A DNA stretch of 32,000 nt from Candidatus Saccharimonadota bacterium (GTDB lineage Archaea; Micrarchaeota; Micrarchaeia; Micrarchaeales; Micrarchaeaceae). The notes below the pieces were generated by a model. That model worked only from the letters and a program-made list of their open reading frames with translations, had not been told where the DNA came from and ran no database searches. The stretch covers positions 630,001-662,000 of the forward strand of contig OY970071.1 in NCBI GenBank assembly GCA_963705375.1, read 5' to 3'. Each line of letters starts with the position of its first letter. Positions within the stretch are counted from its first letter, which is position 1. Position numbers and translations under genes: made by a program. Positions 6,237-14,818 of the stretch are shown one piece after another.

Positions 6237-7532
6237 TCACATTAGACCCGAAAACCTTTTCCTGAGACTACGGTCGCCTTTGAGCATGTTGAACACTTTC
6301 TTCATCTTGTTGAAGTCAGAGATCAACGTGCTAACATCAGATTCGGAGGTTCCGCTGCCGGTCGCTATGCGTTTTATCCTGCCAGACTCATGCAATAGTC
6401 TATCGTTCGTGCGCTCCTCTTTTGTCATGGAACCGATTATTACCTCGTACTTTTTGAGTTTCCCTTCGCCTTGTGCAACCACGTCTTTTGAGACATCAGG
6501 AGCTCCAAGCATGCCGAATACGTTCTTAAGGGGACCCATCTTGCTCATAGCCTTGAGCTGCATGTAGAAAGACTCGAAATTCAGCTCGTCAACAACGGTT
6601 TCTTCTGGCTTTATCCTGGCCTCCTTTATCGCTTCTTGCACGCTGGAAACCAGTGCGCCTATGTTTGGTATACCGAGCAGCGAACCAATGTATTTGTTTG
6701 CGTCGAACGGCTCCAGATTGTTCATCTTTTCTCCGGTGCCTATGAACATAACGGCAGTGCCTGATGCTGCGGTGGCGCTGAGGGCACCGCCGCCTTTCGC
6801 AGATCCGTCCATCTTTGTTATCAGCACTCCAGAAAGCTTCACTGCACTGTCGAATTCCCTTGCCTGCCTTCCGGCAACCTGACCAGTGTCGGCACTTACA
6901 ACAAGCAGCTTCTCGTCAGGAGAGAACACGTCGACCACGCTGTGGAGCTCATCAACAAGCTGTTCGTCGAAAGCACTCCTGCCGCTGGTGTCGCATATGA
7001 TCACCTGCTTGTCCTTGAACTTTTCAAGTGCTTGGTGGACTATGTTGGCAGCATTCGTCTCTCCAGAGACACCAAAGAAGGGCACATTCACCTGTTTCGA
7101 AAGAGTCTCTAATTGCTCGTAAGCAGCCGGCCTGGAAACGTCACAGCAGATTAATGCAGCACTCAGACCCCTATCCTGATAAAACTTCGCGAGCTTAGCA
7201 GCAGTTGTGGTCTTACCAGAACCATAAAGGCCCATCAGCAATATCTTCTGTTTCTTGAGCACTGGCTCATGGGACTTGCCGACAAGGCGCACCAGCTCAT
7301 CGTACACGATGTTAGTTATGTAGTCTTTAGGAGTCACGCCTTTTGGGACACTGCCTTTGAGCGCCTTATCTTTTATGTGCGAGGCGAAGTCCTGTGCCAG
7401 ACCGACCTCAACGTCTGCGCTGAGCAACGTGGCCGCCAACTCTTCGCAGAAATCACTTATCGTGTTCGCATCTATTATTGTGGATCTGCTCAGCTTTGCT
7501 ATAGCTTGGCGCAGCCCTTCCCCTAGGTTCAT
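6237..7532 (-). CDS. srp54: signal recognition particle protein SRP54
   Basis: The N domain starts MNLGEGLRQAIAKL. The G domain has GLYGSGKTTTAAKLA, DTSGR and TKMDGSAKGG. The M domain is Met-rich. The track ORF begins at TTG 7541; the first ATG at 7532 fits SRP54 N-termini and the TATA spacing. Confidence 0.95.
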   Translation of the reverse strand: MNLGEGLRQAIAKLSRSTIIDANTISDFCEELAATLLSADVEVGLAQDFASHIKDKALKGSVPKGVTPKDYITNIVYDELVRLVGKSHEPVLKKQKILLMGLYGSGKTTTAAKLAKFYQDRGLSAALICCDVSRPAAYEQLETLSKQVNVPFFGVSGETNAANIVHQALEKFKDKQVIICDTSGRSAFDEQLVDELHSVVDVFSPDEKLLVVSADTGQVAGRQAREFDSAVKLSGVLITKMDGSAKGGGALSATAASGTAVMFIGTGEKMNNLEPFDANKYIGSLLGIPNIGALVSSVQEAIKEARIKPEETVVDELNFESFYMQLKAMSKMGPLKNVFGMLGAPDVSKDVVAQGEGKLKKYEVIIGSMTKEERTNDRLLHESGRIKRIATGSGTSESDVSTLISDFNKMKKVFNMLKGDRSLRKRFSGLM

Positions 7533-7557
7533 GAATACCAATAAAATAAGCCAACCC

Positions 7558-7569
7558 GTATATAAATAG
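7558..7569. promoter_or_regulatory. shared bidirectional TATA box (gtatataaatag) for SRP54 and the glycosyltransferase
   Basis: It lies 23 nt from the ATG at 7592 (+) and 25 nt from the ATG at 7532 (-). It is the only A/T-rich box in the 59-nt intergenic region. Confidence 0.55.
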
Positions 7570-7591
7570 CTTTCCGGAACATAATGATGCG

Positions 7592-8731
7592 ATGTTGAAA
7601 CTCATAATTGCACAGTCGAATCTGACGCTCAAGGGTGGTGCCGAGAGAGTAGTGCTGAAGATAGCCCAGCACTACGATGCGAGCATCTACACGGTAGAGT
7701 ACGACAAGAGCAAAACTTTTGATGAATTCAAAGACATCGATATAAAAGCCATCGGAAAGGGCGTGCTTTCAAAAATATTGCCTTATGGAAGGGTGGCGCA
7801 AGGGCTCAGTTACGGGATGGCGTTCTACAATCTCAAGCTCAAGGAAGACTACGACGTGATAAATGCGCACATGGTACCGAGCCACTGGATAAGGAACAAG
7901 AACGAACGAGTCCTGTGGTACGTGCACACGCCGTTCAGGGATGTCTATGACTTGTACGAATTCCGGATGAGGTTGAAAAAGTTCTACCAGAAGCCGGTCC
8001 ACTGGGCAGGCATAAAGGCAGTGAGAGGCATAGACCAGAATGTTGTGAAGCACATAGAGGGCATACTCTCAAACAGCTACAACACGCGCTCAAGGATAGT
8101 AAAATATTACGGCAGAAAAGATGCGACTGTGCTCAATGGCGGCGTCGAGTATGAGAAATATTCCAACAATGGCACAGAGAAATATTTCCTGTATCCGGCA
8201 AGGTTCTCCCCTAACAAGAGGCAAGAGTACGCGATGGAGGCTTTCAGACTGTTTGAAAAGAAGATAAAAGGCTACAAGCTTCTGCTTGTCGGACCAGTGT
8301 CTAAGGACAAGGCGTATTACGACTACTATCTGCGCATTGCTGAAGAAGCAAAGAAAAGCAGTGCAATCAAGATAATCAAGGATGTTGACGATGAAAAACT
8401 CAAGGACCTGTATTCCCGTTGTGCTGCTGTACTTTACACACCTGTGAATGAGGATTATGGGCTTGTGCCTCTTGAGGCCATGGCGAGCTCGAAGCCCATA
8501 ATAGCGGTGAATGAGGGGGGTCCTAAAGAAACAGTAGAGGACGGAAAGACTGGCTTCCTTGTGGACAGCGAACAGGCGATGGCAGAAAAGATGGCCGCTG
8601 TTGCGGAGAACCCGCAAATCTCAGAGGAGTTAGGTAAGAATGGCAGGAAGAGAGTGATGGATAGCTACTCTTGGAAGGCGTTCTTCAGGGAGTTTGACAA
8701 GCACCTTAGGGATGTGAGCAAAAAAGATTAG
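7592..8731 (+). CDS. glycosyltransferase, GT4 (GT-B fold) family
   Basis: 379-aa ORF with the C-terminal signature EDYGLVPLEAMASSKPIIAVNEGGPKETVEDGKTGFLV. Confidence 0.9.
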   Translation: MLKLIIAQSNLTLKGGAERVVLKIAQHYDASIYTVEYDKSKTFDEFKDIDIKAIGKGVLSKILPYGRVAQGLSYGMAFYNLKLKEDYDVINAHMVPSHWIRNKNERVLWYVHTPFRDVYDLYEFRMRLKKFYQKPVHWAGIKAVRGIDQNVVKHIEGILSNSYNTRSRIVKYYGRKDATVLNGGVEYEKYSNNGTEKYFLYPARFSPNKRQEYAMEAFRLFEKKIKGYKLLLVGPVSKDKAYYDYYLRIAEEAKKSSAIKIIKDVDDEKLKDLYSRCAAVLYTPVNEDYGLVPLEAMASSKPIIAVNEGGPKETVEDGKTGFLVDSEQAMAEKMAAVAENPQISEELGKNGRKRVMDSYSWKAFFREFDKHLRDVSKKD

Positions 8732-9126
8732 GGTTTGTTCCTTTCCCTGTCCTTTTCCTCGAGTCGCTTCTTTTCCGCGAGCCTCGTCTTCTCATCTTGA
8801 GGATTGAGCTCTATTACATACTTTGACACCACTTTTGCCACATAATCCAGGACGCGGCGAATGTTCGCCTCTGTGTTGGTGCCCGTGCATATGAGCTTAC
8901 CGTTCTTGAACAATATGATCTTGGACTTTGGCTCTGCCACTCTGAAGATTGCGCCCGGGAACTGCTCAGGCTCATAGTCGACAGCTTTAACATCCTTTGA
9001 AAGTGCGTAGAGATCTATGATTGCATGGAGATCAGCACTAACGACGATATTCTGCACTTTTATCTGCGGGACTGTAACGCGCTTTGGCTGCGCTGTTGAA
9101 GGCTTTTGAGGCTCTTTTTCAGACAT
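8728..9126 (-). CDS. single-repeat TATA-binding-protein (TBP) homolog, 132 aa
   Basis: [79 protein letters not shown] closely parallels the second repeat of archaeal TBP as I remember it (IDVQNMVFSGDIGREFNLD...[37 protein letters not shown]). Only one repeat is present. The start is taken at ATG 9126 (MSEKEPQK). The track ORF extends to 9192, which would run up to the divergent gene start. Confidence 0.8.
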   Translation of the reverse strand: [132 protein letters not shown]

Positions 9127-9163
9127 CTGATCACCACAAGTGTTAATAGATGTGAACGCAAGA

Positions 9164-9172
9164 CTTATATAG
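9164..9172. promoter_or_regulatory. TATA box (cttatatag) between the TBP-like gene and the reductase
   Basis: It lies 20 nt upstream of the ATG at 9193 (+) and 37 nt from the ATG at 9126 (-). Confidence 0.45.
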
Positions 9173-9192
9173 AGATGACACATGGTCAGCAC

Positions 9193-10293
9193 ATGAAAAA
9201 GAGTGTCGTAATAGTCGGGGCAGGAGTTGTCGGACTTTCGCTAGCGAGGGACCTCGCTTTGAAAGACATCGATGTTACCATCTATGACGCAAATAAACGC
9301 ATATTTGAAAATGCTGCAAGAGCTTCAGGGATACTCTCTGTCAATGGCCTTCAGAGGATAGCAATACCATACAAGAAAGCAGAAATCAACCGGCTCGCTG
9401 GCGCCGTGCTTCATGCAGGAAATGAGACTTTACGTGTAAAGGCACCACGCACAATGGCACTTGTCATAGACCGATGCAAACTTGCTGAAGAATGCCTTGC
9501 AGAAGCCGAAAAGGCAGGAGCAAGAATAATAATGGAACGAAGGCTCTACAAGGAAGAGGCAGCAAACATTGCGAAAAATAAAGACGTTGTGTTGGTCGGG
9601 GCTGATGGGGCAGTGTCGACAGTTGCGAATGCATTCTCGTTTCCGTCGATCAAAGAGTACATACTGACGTACAAAGTGGAATATGGAAATGCAAAAGTGG
9701 ATGACACTGACATTGTTGACATGTTCTTCTCCAACATAGCAAGCAGGTTCTTTGCCTGGACCGTGCCGTACTCTAAAGAAAAAGTGGAGGCAGGAATAGG
9801 AATAGGGTATTTTGCCAAGAGAAACAGTGCGGATGCATTCAGAACTTTTGAAAAGACGAATAGCGTGCTGATGAATGCAAAGCGTGGGAAAGAATGGGCG
9901 AGCATAATACCTTTGGGCTGCAGAGACATCACTGTAAAGGGAAATGTGGCGCTTGTGGGCGACGCTGCAGGACAGGTCAAGGCCACCACAGGAGGCGGCA
10001 TAATATTTGGAGTGTCATGCGCAAAGATACTTTCAGATGCGATAGAAAATCATATCAAGAAGGGCACATCTCTTTCACATTACGAGCACGCCTGGCGCAG
10101 GAAGTATGCAACAGATCTAAAGCTACACGATATGCTGCATAAGTATTACTCCGGAATCGACACCAGAAGCTTTGAGCACCTGTTCAGGATCTCCAAGCTT
10201 TTCGGAGCCGAAACCTTCCTGAGCAAATACGGCGACATGGACAGACCGAGCGCAATGATCAAGAAGTTCTTCCTAAGGGGCCTGGCCAGATAA
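9193..10293 (+). CDS. geranylgeranyl reductase family FAD-dependent oxidoreductase (archaeal lipid saturation type)
   Basis: The N-terminal Rossmann motif is MKKSVVIVGAGVVGLSLARDLA...IYD. The motifs VGADGAVS and GDAAGQVKATTGGGI are typical of the GGR family. The first ATG in the track ORF that fits the dinucleotide fold is 9193. Confidence 0.8.
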   Translation: MKKSVVIVGAGVVGLSLARDLALKDIDVTIYDANKRIFENAARASGILSVNGLQRIAIPYKKAEINRLAGAVLHAGNETLRVKAPRTMALVIDRCKLAEECLAEAEKAGARIIMERRLYKEEAANIAKNKDVVLVGADGAVSTVANAFSFPSIKEYILTYKVEYGNAKVDDTDIVDMFFSNIASRFFAWTVPYSKEKVEAGIGIGYFAKRNSADAFRTFEKTNSVLMNAKRGKEWASIIPLGCRDITVKGNVALVGDAAGQVKATTGGGIIFGVSCAKILSDAIENHIKKGTSLSHYEHAWRRKYATDLKLHDMLHKYYSGIDTRSFEHLFRISKLFGAETFLSKYGDMDRPSAMIKKFFLRGLAR

Positions 10294-10377
10294 AGTGCTG
10301 CACTCCGTCTTCTTTGCCACAGCGTTTCAGTTAGCACTAGGTTTGTTTTTAATGATACTTGACTGCGCTTCCGTAGA

Positions 10378-10998
10378 CTACTTGTTGTAAGTATTACGAA
10401 AGGATTTGACGTATTTTTGCAATTTCTGCTCTGCAATCTCTGCTTCTTTTAATGCATCATTTGCTTGCCTAATATGCTTAGGCGCCATCGAGGCTGCAGC
10501 TAATACATCTCTTGCACCTGTAACATTCGTAGGTGTTAGTTTTTGCGTGGGCACATGTATGCTTGACATCTCAGTTTGAAAGCGCTTGCGTGCATCAGAT
10601 ATCTTAGAACTTAGGGTTTGATAATCGTGTGATTGCGCTATTGCTTCTTCAAATCTGACGTCAGCACGTACACCCACCAGAAGCGTACGCACATTAGCAA
10701 ACATACTGTTATTTCGCGTCTCCAAATCTTTTTTTTGGAGCGTCAACACACCTACCCCAAGATTCAACAAACTATTTAATCTAGCATTGTTAGTATTAGA
10801 CAAATTGCCTTTTATATTTTCAATTGAAGCAGCAAATTTTATACGTGTAGCTTCGGGCATAGGCTTCATTACGTCTGTCAGAAAGGCTTGTATTTCTTGT
10901 ACGCGTACGCGCTCGGCCAATGTGCTATGTGCCTTCGGTGCCGCGCCATCATGTTCTGTCTCGCTTGGCGATTTAGTCGCATTTACACGCTCCATCAT
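10378..10998 (-). CDS. hypothetical alpha-helical protein (206 aa)
   Basis: Track ORF 10378..11016. The start is taken at the ATG-ATG (MMERVNATK) 30 nt downstream of TATA tataaatatctga. No family recognised. Confidence 0.5.
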   Translation of the reverse strand: MMERVNATKSPSETEHDGAAPKAHSTLAERVRVQEIQAFLTDVMKPMPEATRIKFAASIENIKGNLSNTNNARLNSLLNLGVGVLTLQKKDLETRNNSMFANVRTLLVGVRADVRFEEAIAQSHDYQTLSSKISDARKRFQTEMSSIHVPTQKLTPTNVTGARDVLAAASMAPKHIRQANDALKEAEIAEQKLQKYVKSFRNTYNK

Positions 10999-11027
10999 AA
11001 CCACCAGGTACAACACGATTTTGATGT

Positions 11028-11043
11028 TTCAGATATTTATATA
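11028..11043 (-). promoter_or_regulatory. TATA box (sense gtatataaatatctga)
   Basis: The plus strand reads tcagatatttatatac. It carries the same TAAATATCTGA core as the promoters at 5036 and 5572. Confidence 0.5.
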
Positions 11044-11086
11044 CATAGGGAATGCAGCACATCAGCCTCAAAATATGTTTCTTTCG

Positions 11087-11926
11087 TCAAGGCAGGGAGT
11101 TTATCTGCGCTTGACTTGTGGCCTGGCTTACTGAAGATGCATTCAGCGATATCAGGATGCTGCTGCCGTTAGCGGCAGTGAGATTCGCGTAAACGTACAA
11201 CGGTATGTTGTACTGGGCTGAAAGGCATGTGTTGAAGTTGACGTTAACCGGTGTTTGAGTGGCAGAATTGCCGTCCACTAGAGTGCTGTTAACGAGCATA
11301 GACCCAGTGCCAGATACAGAGAAGCAGGGTTGCCCGTCGTACAGCTTCACTCCGTAAGAAGACATGGTTATGCCGCTGAGACTTGAAACGTTTATGAACA
11401 CGTTGGCGATGCCAAGCAGCTGAGACCATGCAGAGCCGTTGTAGGTCTGGACGCACTTGTAGCCGTTTGTTACGTTGTTACTTTCGATGGTGTCGAATAC
11501 GGAATTTGGATCGGCCTTTATGCACAGCGTGCCCTGCATGCTGCTCATATTTTTAGAGATCATCACGACGCTCAGGTTCCCGAACGGCTGCAAATCTTTT
11601 ATCGAAAGGGCCATTTTTGTGTCATTGTAGTATTTAGTGAATGAAAAGCTGATCGGGGGGTCTTTTTTGATTACGATCTGGCCTGTGTAGTTGACTGCAA
11701 AGGTTTTTGCAGCATTAATCTTCTGGGTCAGAGTGCCCTCGAGCACAGTCGAGTTCAACTGCTTTCCTGAAGATACTGTAGAAACCACTGCACCAGGAAG
11801 ACTGCCATAAGTTTCGTACAGGTACGCAATTATGACCGCGAGCATGAGCAATACCGCCAATGACGCCAGCAGGACTTTGTGACCTTTGCCTTTTTTGGCA
11901 TTCTTGCTTTCGTTATCTTTAGCCAT
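11087..11926 (-). CDS. N-terminally anchored, sequon-rich surface protein (279 aa)
   Basis: The start is taken at MAKDNESKNAKKGKGHK, followed by a TM helix (VLLASLAVLLMLAVIIAYL). I count about 12 N-x-S/T sequons. The C-terminal Cys-containing region resembles the C-termini of the 582-aa and pilin-like proteins. It lies 73 nt downstream of nuoN on the same strand. Confidence 0.6.
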   Translation of the reverse strand: MAKDNESKNAKKGKGHKVLLASLAVLLMLAVIIAYLYETYGSLPGAVVSTVSSGKQLNSTVLEGTLTQKINAAKTFAVNYTGQIVIKKDPPISFSFTKYYNDTKMALSIKDLQPFGNLSVVMISKNMSSMQGTLCIKADPNSVFDTIESNNVTNGYKCVQTYNGSAWSQLLGIANVFINVSSLSGITMSSYGVKLYDGQPCFSVSGTGSMLVNSTLVDGNSATQTPVNVNFNTCLSAQYNIPLYVYANLTAANGSSILISLNASSVSQATSQAQINSLP

Positions 11927-11999
11927 GAACACACACAAATATCTCAAATGACAAAGCTAAAATACCGATGCTCAGGGCAACCGCAATACCGCAAAGCGT

Positions 12000-13400
12000 T
12001 CAGACGCCCAATAGTGCCTTGCTCGCAATCTGCGCCACCGCTATTATTGGTTGGGGATATACGCCGAAAACCAGCAAGATTACCAGCGCAGACAGTACCA
12101 CAGCCGCAACAACAGGTTCGGTCTTTATGGCGGCATGTCCTTTTGTGGAGTACATCGCACTCACCAATCGGGCATAGTAGAACATGGAGATAAAGCTGTT
12201 CAGTATACCGATCAAAGCAAGAGCCAGCAGTTTTGAGTCTATAGCGCTTGAGAAGAGCAAGAACTTGCCCATGAAACCCATAAGGGGAGGCATCCCTGCC
12301 ATCGAAAGCACAAGCAGCGTCAGCGACGCAGCAGCAAACTTGTTCCTGCCATTAAGGCCTCCATAGTCGCTCAGGGTCTTAAGGTTGTTTGATTCGAGCC
12401 ACAGAACTATTGCAAATGCACCGATGATCATGAATGCGTGTGCAATAATCTGGAAGATGCTGGCCTCTATGCCGAACAGCGATGCAGCTGCAAGACCAAT
12501 GAGCAGATATCCAGTCTGAGATATTGATGAGTATGCAAAAAGGCGCTTTACGTTTTTTTCTCCAAGAGCCGCAAGATTCCCGAAAAACATGGTCATCACA
12601 GAAAGGCCTAGTGCGATTGAAGAGAAGGTGGTCTTGTATGCAGCAAATACAACAAACAGAATCTCAAGAAGCGCAACGAATGCAACGGTCCTGTTAACGC
12701 TGGAAAGCATCGCTGAAACGTATGATTGTGCGCCTTCGTAGACGTCAGGAACCCATAAGTTGAAGGGGAACACCTCGGCACCAAAGCCGAGCGCGACCAC
12801 AAACAAGACAAGTGCAAGGACTATAAGGGCGTTGCCGCTTATGTTTGGATTTACGCCTAGAACGCTAACGCCCATCTGTGCGCTGTATGGAGAGATAAGA
12901 ACAAGCGCAAAAGACAGCACCGAGATAGACACCGCACCCATTATGAAGAATTTTACTGCGGATTCCAGTTGGTACTTGCCAGAAAGCAGCATCATCAAGA
13001 TAGTCGGCACAGCCATGAGCTCAAGGCACACGAGAAGCAAAAGCAGCGTCGATGCAGCAGGCGCAAGCACTGCACCTGAGAAAACAAAGCATAGCATGAG
13101 CAGGTTCTCGGCATACGCATTCGAGTATCTATAGGAAAGTGCGTTAACCAGCAACAGTGTCAAGGAGGACAGAAACGCAAACAGCATGGAAAAGCCATAC
13201 ACCCTGAATGCGCCAAAAACAAGCGTGTCGATATTGGCGCTAAGAAGGTATGTCGATATGACCGCGTCTATCGCAAGAATCGCGCTGCTAGACACGAATG
13301 CTGTAGATTTAGACCTAGTAAGCACCGCAGCCATTGACATTGCAACCAATAGCGGCAGAGTGTACAAGAGCACACTAGACAATAGCAAAACAATAGCCAA
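12000..13400 (-). CDS. nuoN: NADH-quinone oxidoreductase subunit N (antiporter-like)
   Basis: 466-aa polytopic ORF containing FGAEVFPFNLWVPDVYEGAQSYVSAML, the NuoN/ND2 motif. It is the last gene of the H-to-N run. Confidence 0.85.
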   Translation of the reverse strand: MAIVLLLSSVLLYTLPLLVAMSMAAVLTRSKSTAFVSSSAILAIDAVISTYLLSANIDTLVFGAFRVYGFSMLFAFLSSLTLLLVNALSYRYSNAYAENLLMLCFVFSGAVLAPAASTLLLLLVCLELMAVPTILMMLLSGKYQLESAVKFFIMGAVSISVLSFALVLISPYSAQMGVSVLGVNPNISGNALIVLALVLFVVALGFGAEVFPFNLWVPDVYEGAQSYVSAMLSSVNRTVAFVALLEILFVVFAAYKTTFSSIALGLSVMTMFFGNLAALGEKNVKRLFAYSSISQTGYLLIGLAAASLFGIEASIFQIIAHAFMIIGAFAIVLWLESNNLKTLSDYGGLNGRNKFAAASLTLLVLSMAGMPPLMGFMGKFLLFSSAIDSKLLALALIGILNSFISMFYYARLVSAMYSTKGHAAIKTEPVVAAVVLSALVILLVFGVYPQPIIAVAQIASKALLGV

Positions 13401-13404
13401 TCAA

Positions 13405-14817
13405 TCACGTCTTAAGCAGGCCCAGCAGGATGTATGGGAAGATGCCAAATAAGAATATGAATGCCAGCAGCAGCGCATAACCAAGATACTGCGGCGCACC
13501 TATCAGTTCGGTGCTTGTGGAGTGGCCTTTTGCCGAGAACATCGAGCGTTCAACAACAAAGCACATGTATGCGCCGACAAGCAGCAGAGAGATGAGCGAT
13601 ATCGCGCCGTAAGCCCCGAACGCACTAACGGCACCAAGAAATACGAGAAGATAGCCCACAAAACCCGTGGTTAAGGGGAATCCGACGACCGCCAGCGCAC
13701 TCACAATGAACGCATACACCGTTTGCCCTGCATCGACAACGGCACCCTTGATAAGCCGGATATCCCTCTCTCCAAAAATGTGCTGAATTGACCCTAAAAC
13801 AAGGAACATCAGAGCAGCGGCCAACCCTTGGGAGAACATAGCGAATAGCGCGCCGTGCGTGCCGATGACATCGGCAGAGCTTATGCCGAGAAGTGCCACA
13901 CCGGTGCAAACCATCGAGGAGTACGCAGCGATGCGCTTTATGTCATTCTGATGCAATAGGACAAGTGAGGCATACACGGAAGATATTGTAGCTATTGTTG
14001 CGGCCAGCACAGAATATTTTGAGGATATCGGAAGCATCGTAAACAATAGCAGCATGCCGAATGTGCCGAACTGCGTAAATATTCCAGATAATAGCATCGA
14101 TCCCTGGGTCGACGACTCTGCGTGCGCGTCAGGAAGCCAGAAGTGGAACGGAAGCATCGGCATGTTTGCCATGAAAGCGACGAATAGTGCTGCGAATATA
14201 AGCGCTTGGGTTGTTTCTGGTATACCTGCAGCGGTGCCCGTTATGTACTGTATATCGAAAGAGTGCAAGGGTGTATGGAAATACACTAGCAGTATTCCAA
14301 AAATCAGGAGCGCCCCTGCAAAGAGCTCATACATCATGAATCCGATCGATGCGTGTGCCCTGTTCGCGGAACCGAGCATGTTGATCACAAGAAACATTGC
14401 GACGACTCCGATGCTCCAGAAGATGAACAGCAGGAACAGATTTGCCGAGGAGAAGAAGCCTATGGCAGCGACTTGGAAGAGCTCAACAAGCATGCTTTCC
14501 GCCTTGGGCCTGTCGCTTTCAGGACTGCCAGACATGGATGTTGCGAGCAAAATTGCAGAAGACATTAAAAGCATGATGAGAGACGTTGCATTGACGCTAA
14601 AGCCTAGCGATATGGATAGAGAGCCTATGTAGGGATAGCTCTCGTTGAAGTGTACGCTTCCAGCATGCATTGAGATGTAGAGCATTGAGACTGTTGCCAA
14701 CAGCGCAATAAACGCGGCACCGACAGCGATGCTTCTGCTGTATTTCTCGTCAAGCACCGATGTCAGCAAAATGGCAAGCACAGAGGATGCGAGCATTATG
14801 GATATGAAAGGGATCAT
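13405..14817 (-). CDS. nuoM: NADH-quinone oxidoreductase subunit M (antiporter-like)
   Basis: 470-aa polytopic ORF containing PMLPFHFWLPDAHAESSTQGSMLLSGIF, the NuoM/ND4 motif. Confidence 0.9.
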   Translation of the reverse strand: MIPFISIMLASSVLAILLTSVLDEKYSRSIAVGAAFIALLATVSMLYISMHAGSVHFNESYPYIGSLSISLGFSVNATSLIMLLMSSAILLATSMSGSPESDRPKAESMLVELFQVAAIGFFSSANLFLLFIFWSIGVVAMFLVINMLGSANRAHASIGFMMYELFAGALLIFGILLVYFHTPLHSFDIQYITGTAAGIPETTQALIFAALFVAFMANMPMLPFHFWLPDAHAESSTQGSMLLSGIFTQFGTFGMLLLFTMLPISSKYSVLAATIATISSVYASLVLLHQNDIKRIAAYSSMVCTGVALLGISSADVIGTHGALFAMFSQGLAAALMFLVLGSIQHIFGERDIRLIKGAVVDAGQTVYAFIVSALAVVGFPLTTGFVGYLLVFLGAVSAFGAYGAISLISLLLVGAYMCFVVERSMFSAKGHSTSTELIGAPQYLGYALLLAFIFLFGIFPYILLGLLKT

Positions 14818-14818
14818 C

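Noticed and set aside
9127-9192. The longer form of the TBP-like ORF, starting MLTMCHLYISLAFTSINTCGDQ.
   Set aside because: It would begin 1 nt from the divergent reductase ATG and span the only promoter box. The hydrophobic, Cys-rich extension has no counterpart in TBPs. ATG 9126 is preferred.
10146-10436. A 96-aa minus-strand ORF spanning the reductase 3' end and the convergent intergenic region.
   Set aside because: It overlaps two better-supported genes, has no promoter, and its sequence is low-complexity and Arg/Ser-rich.
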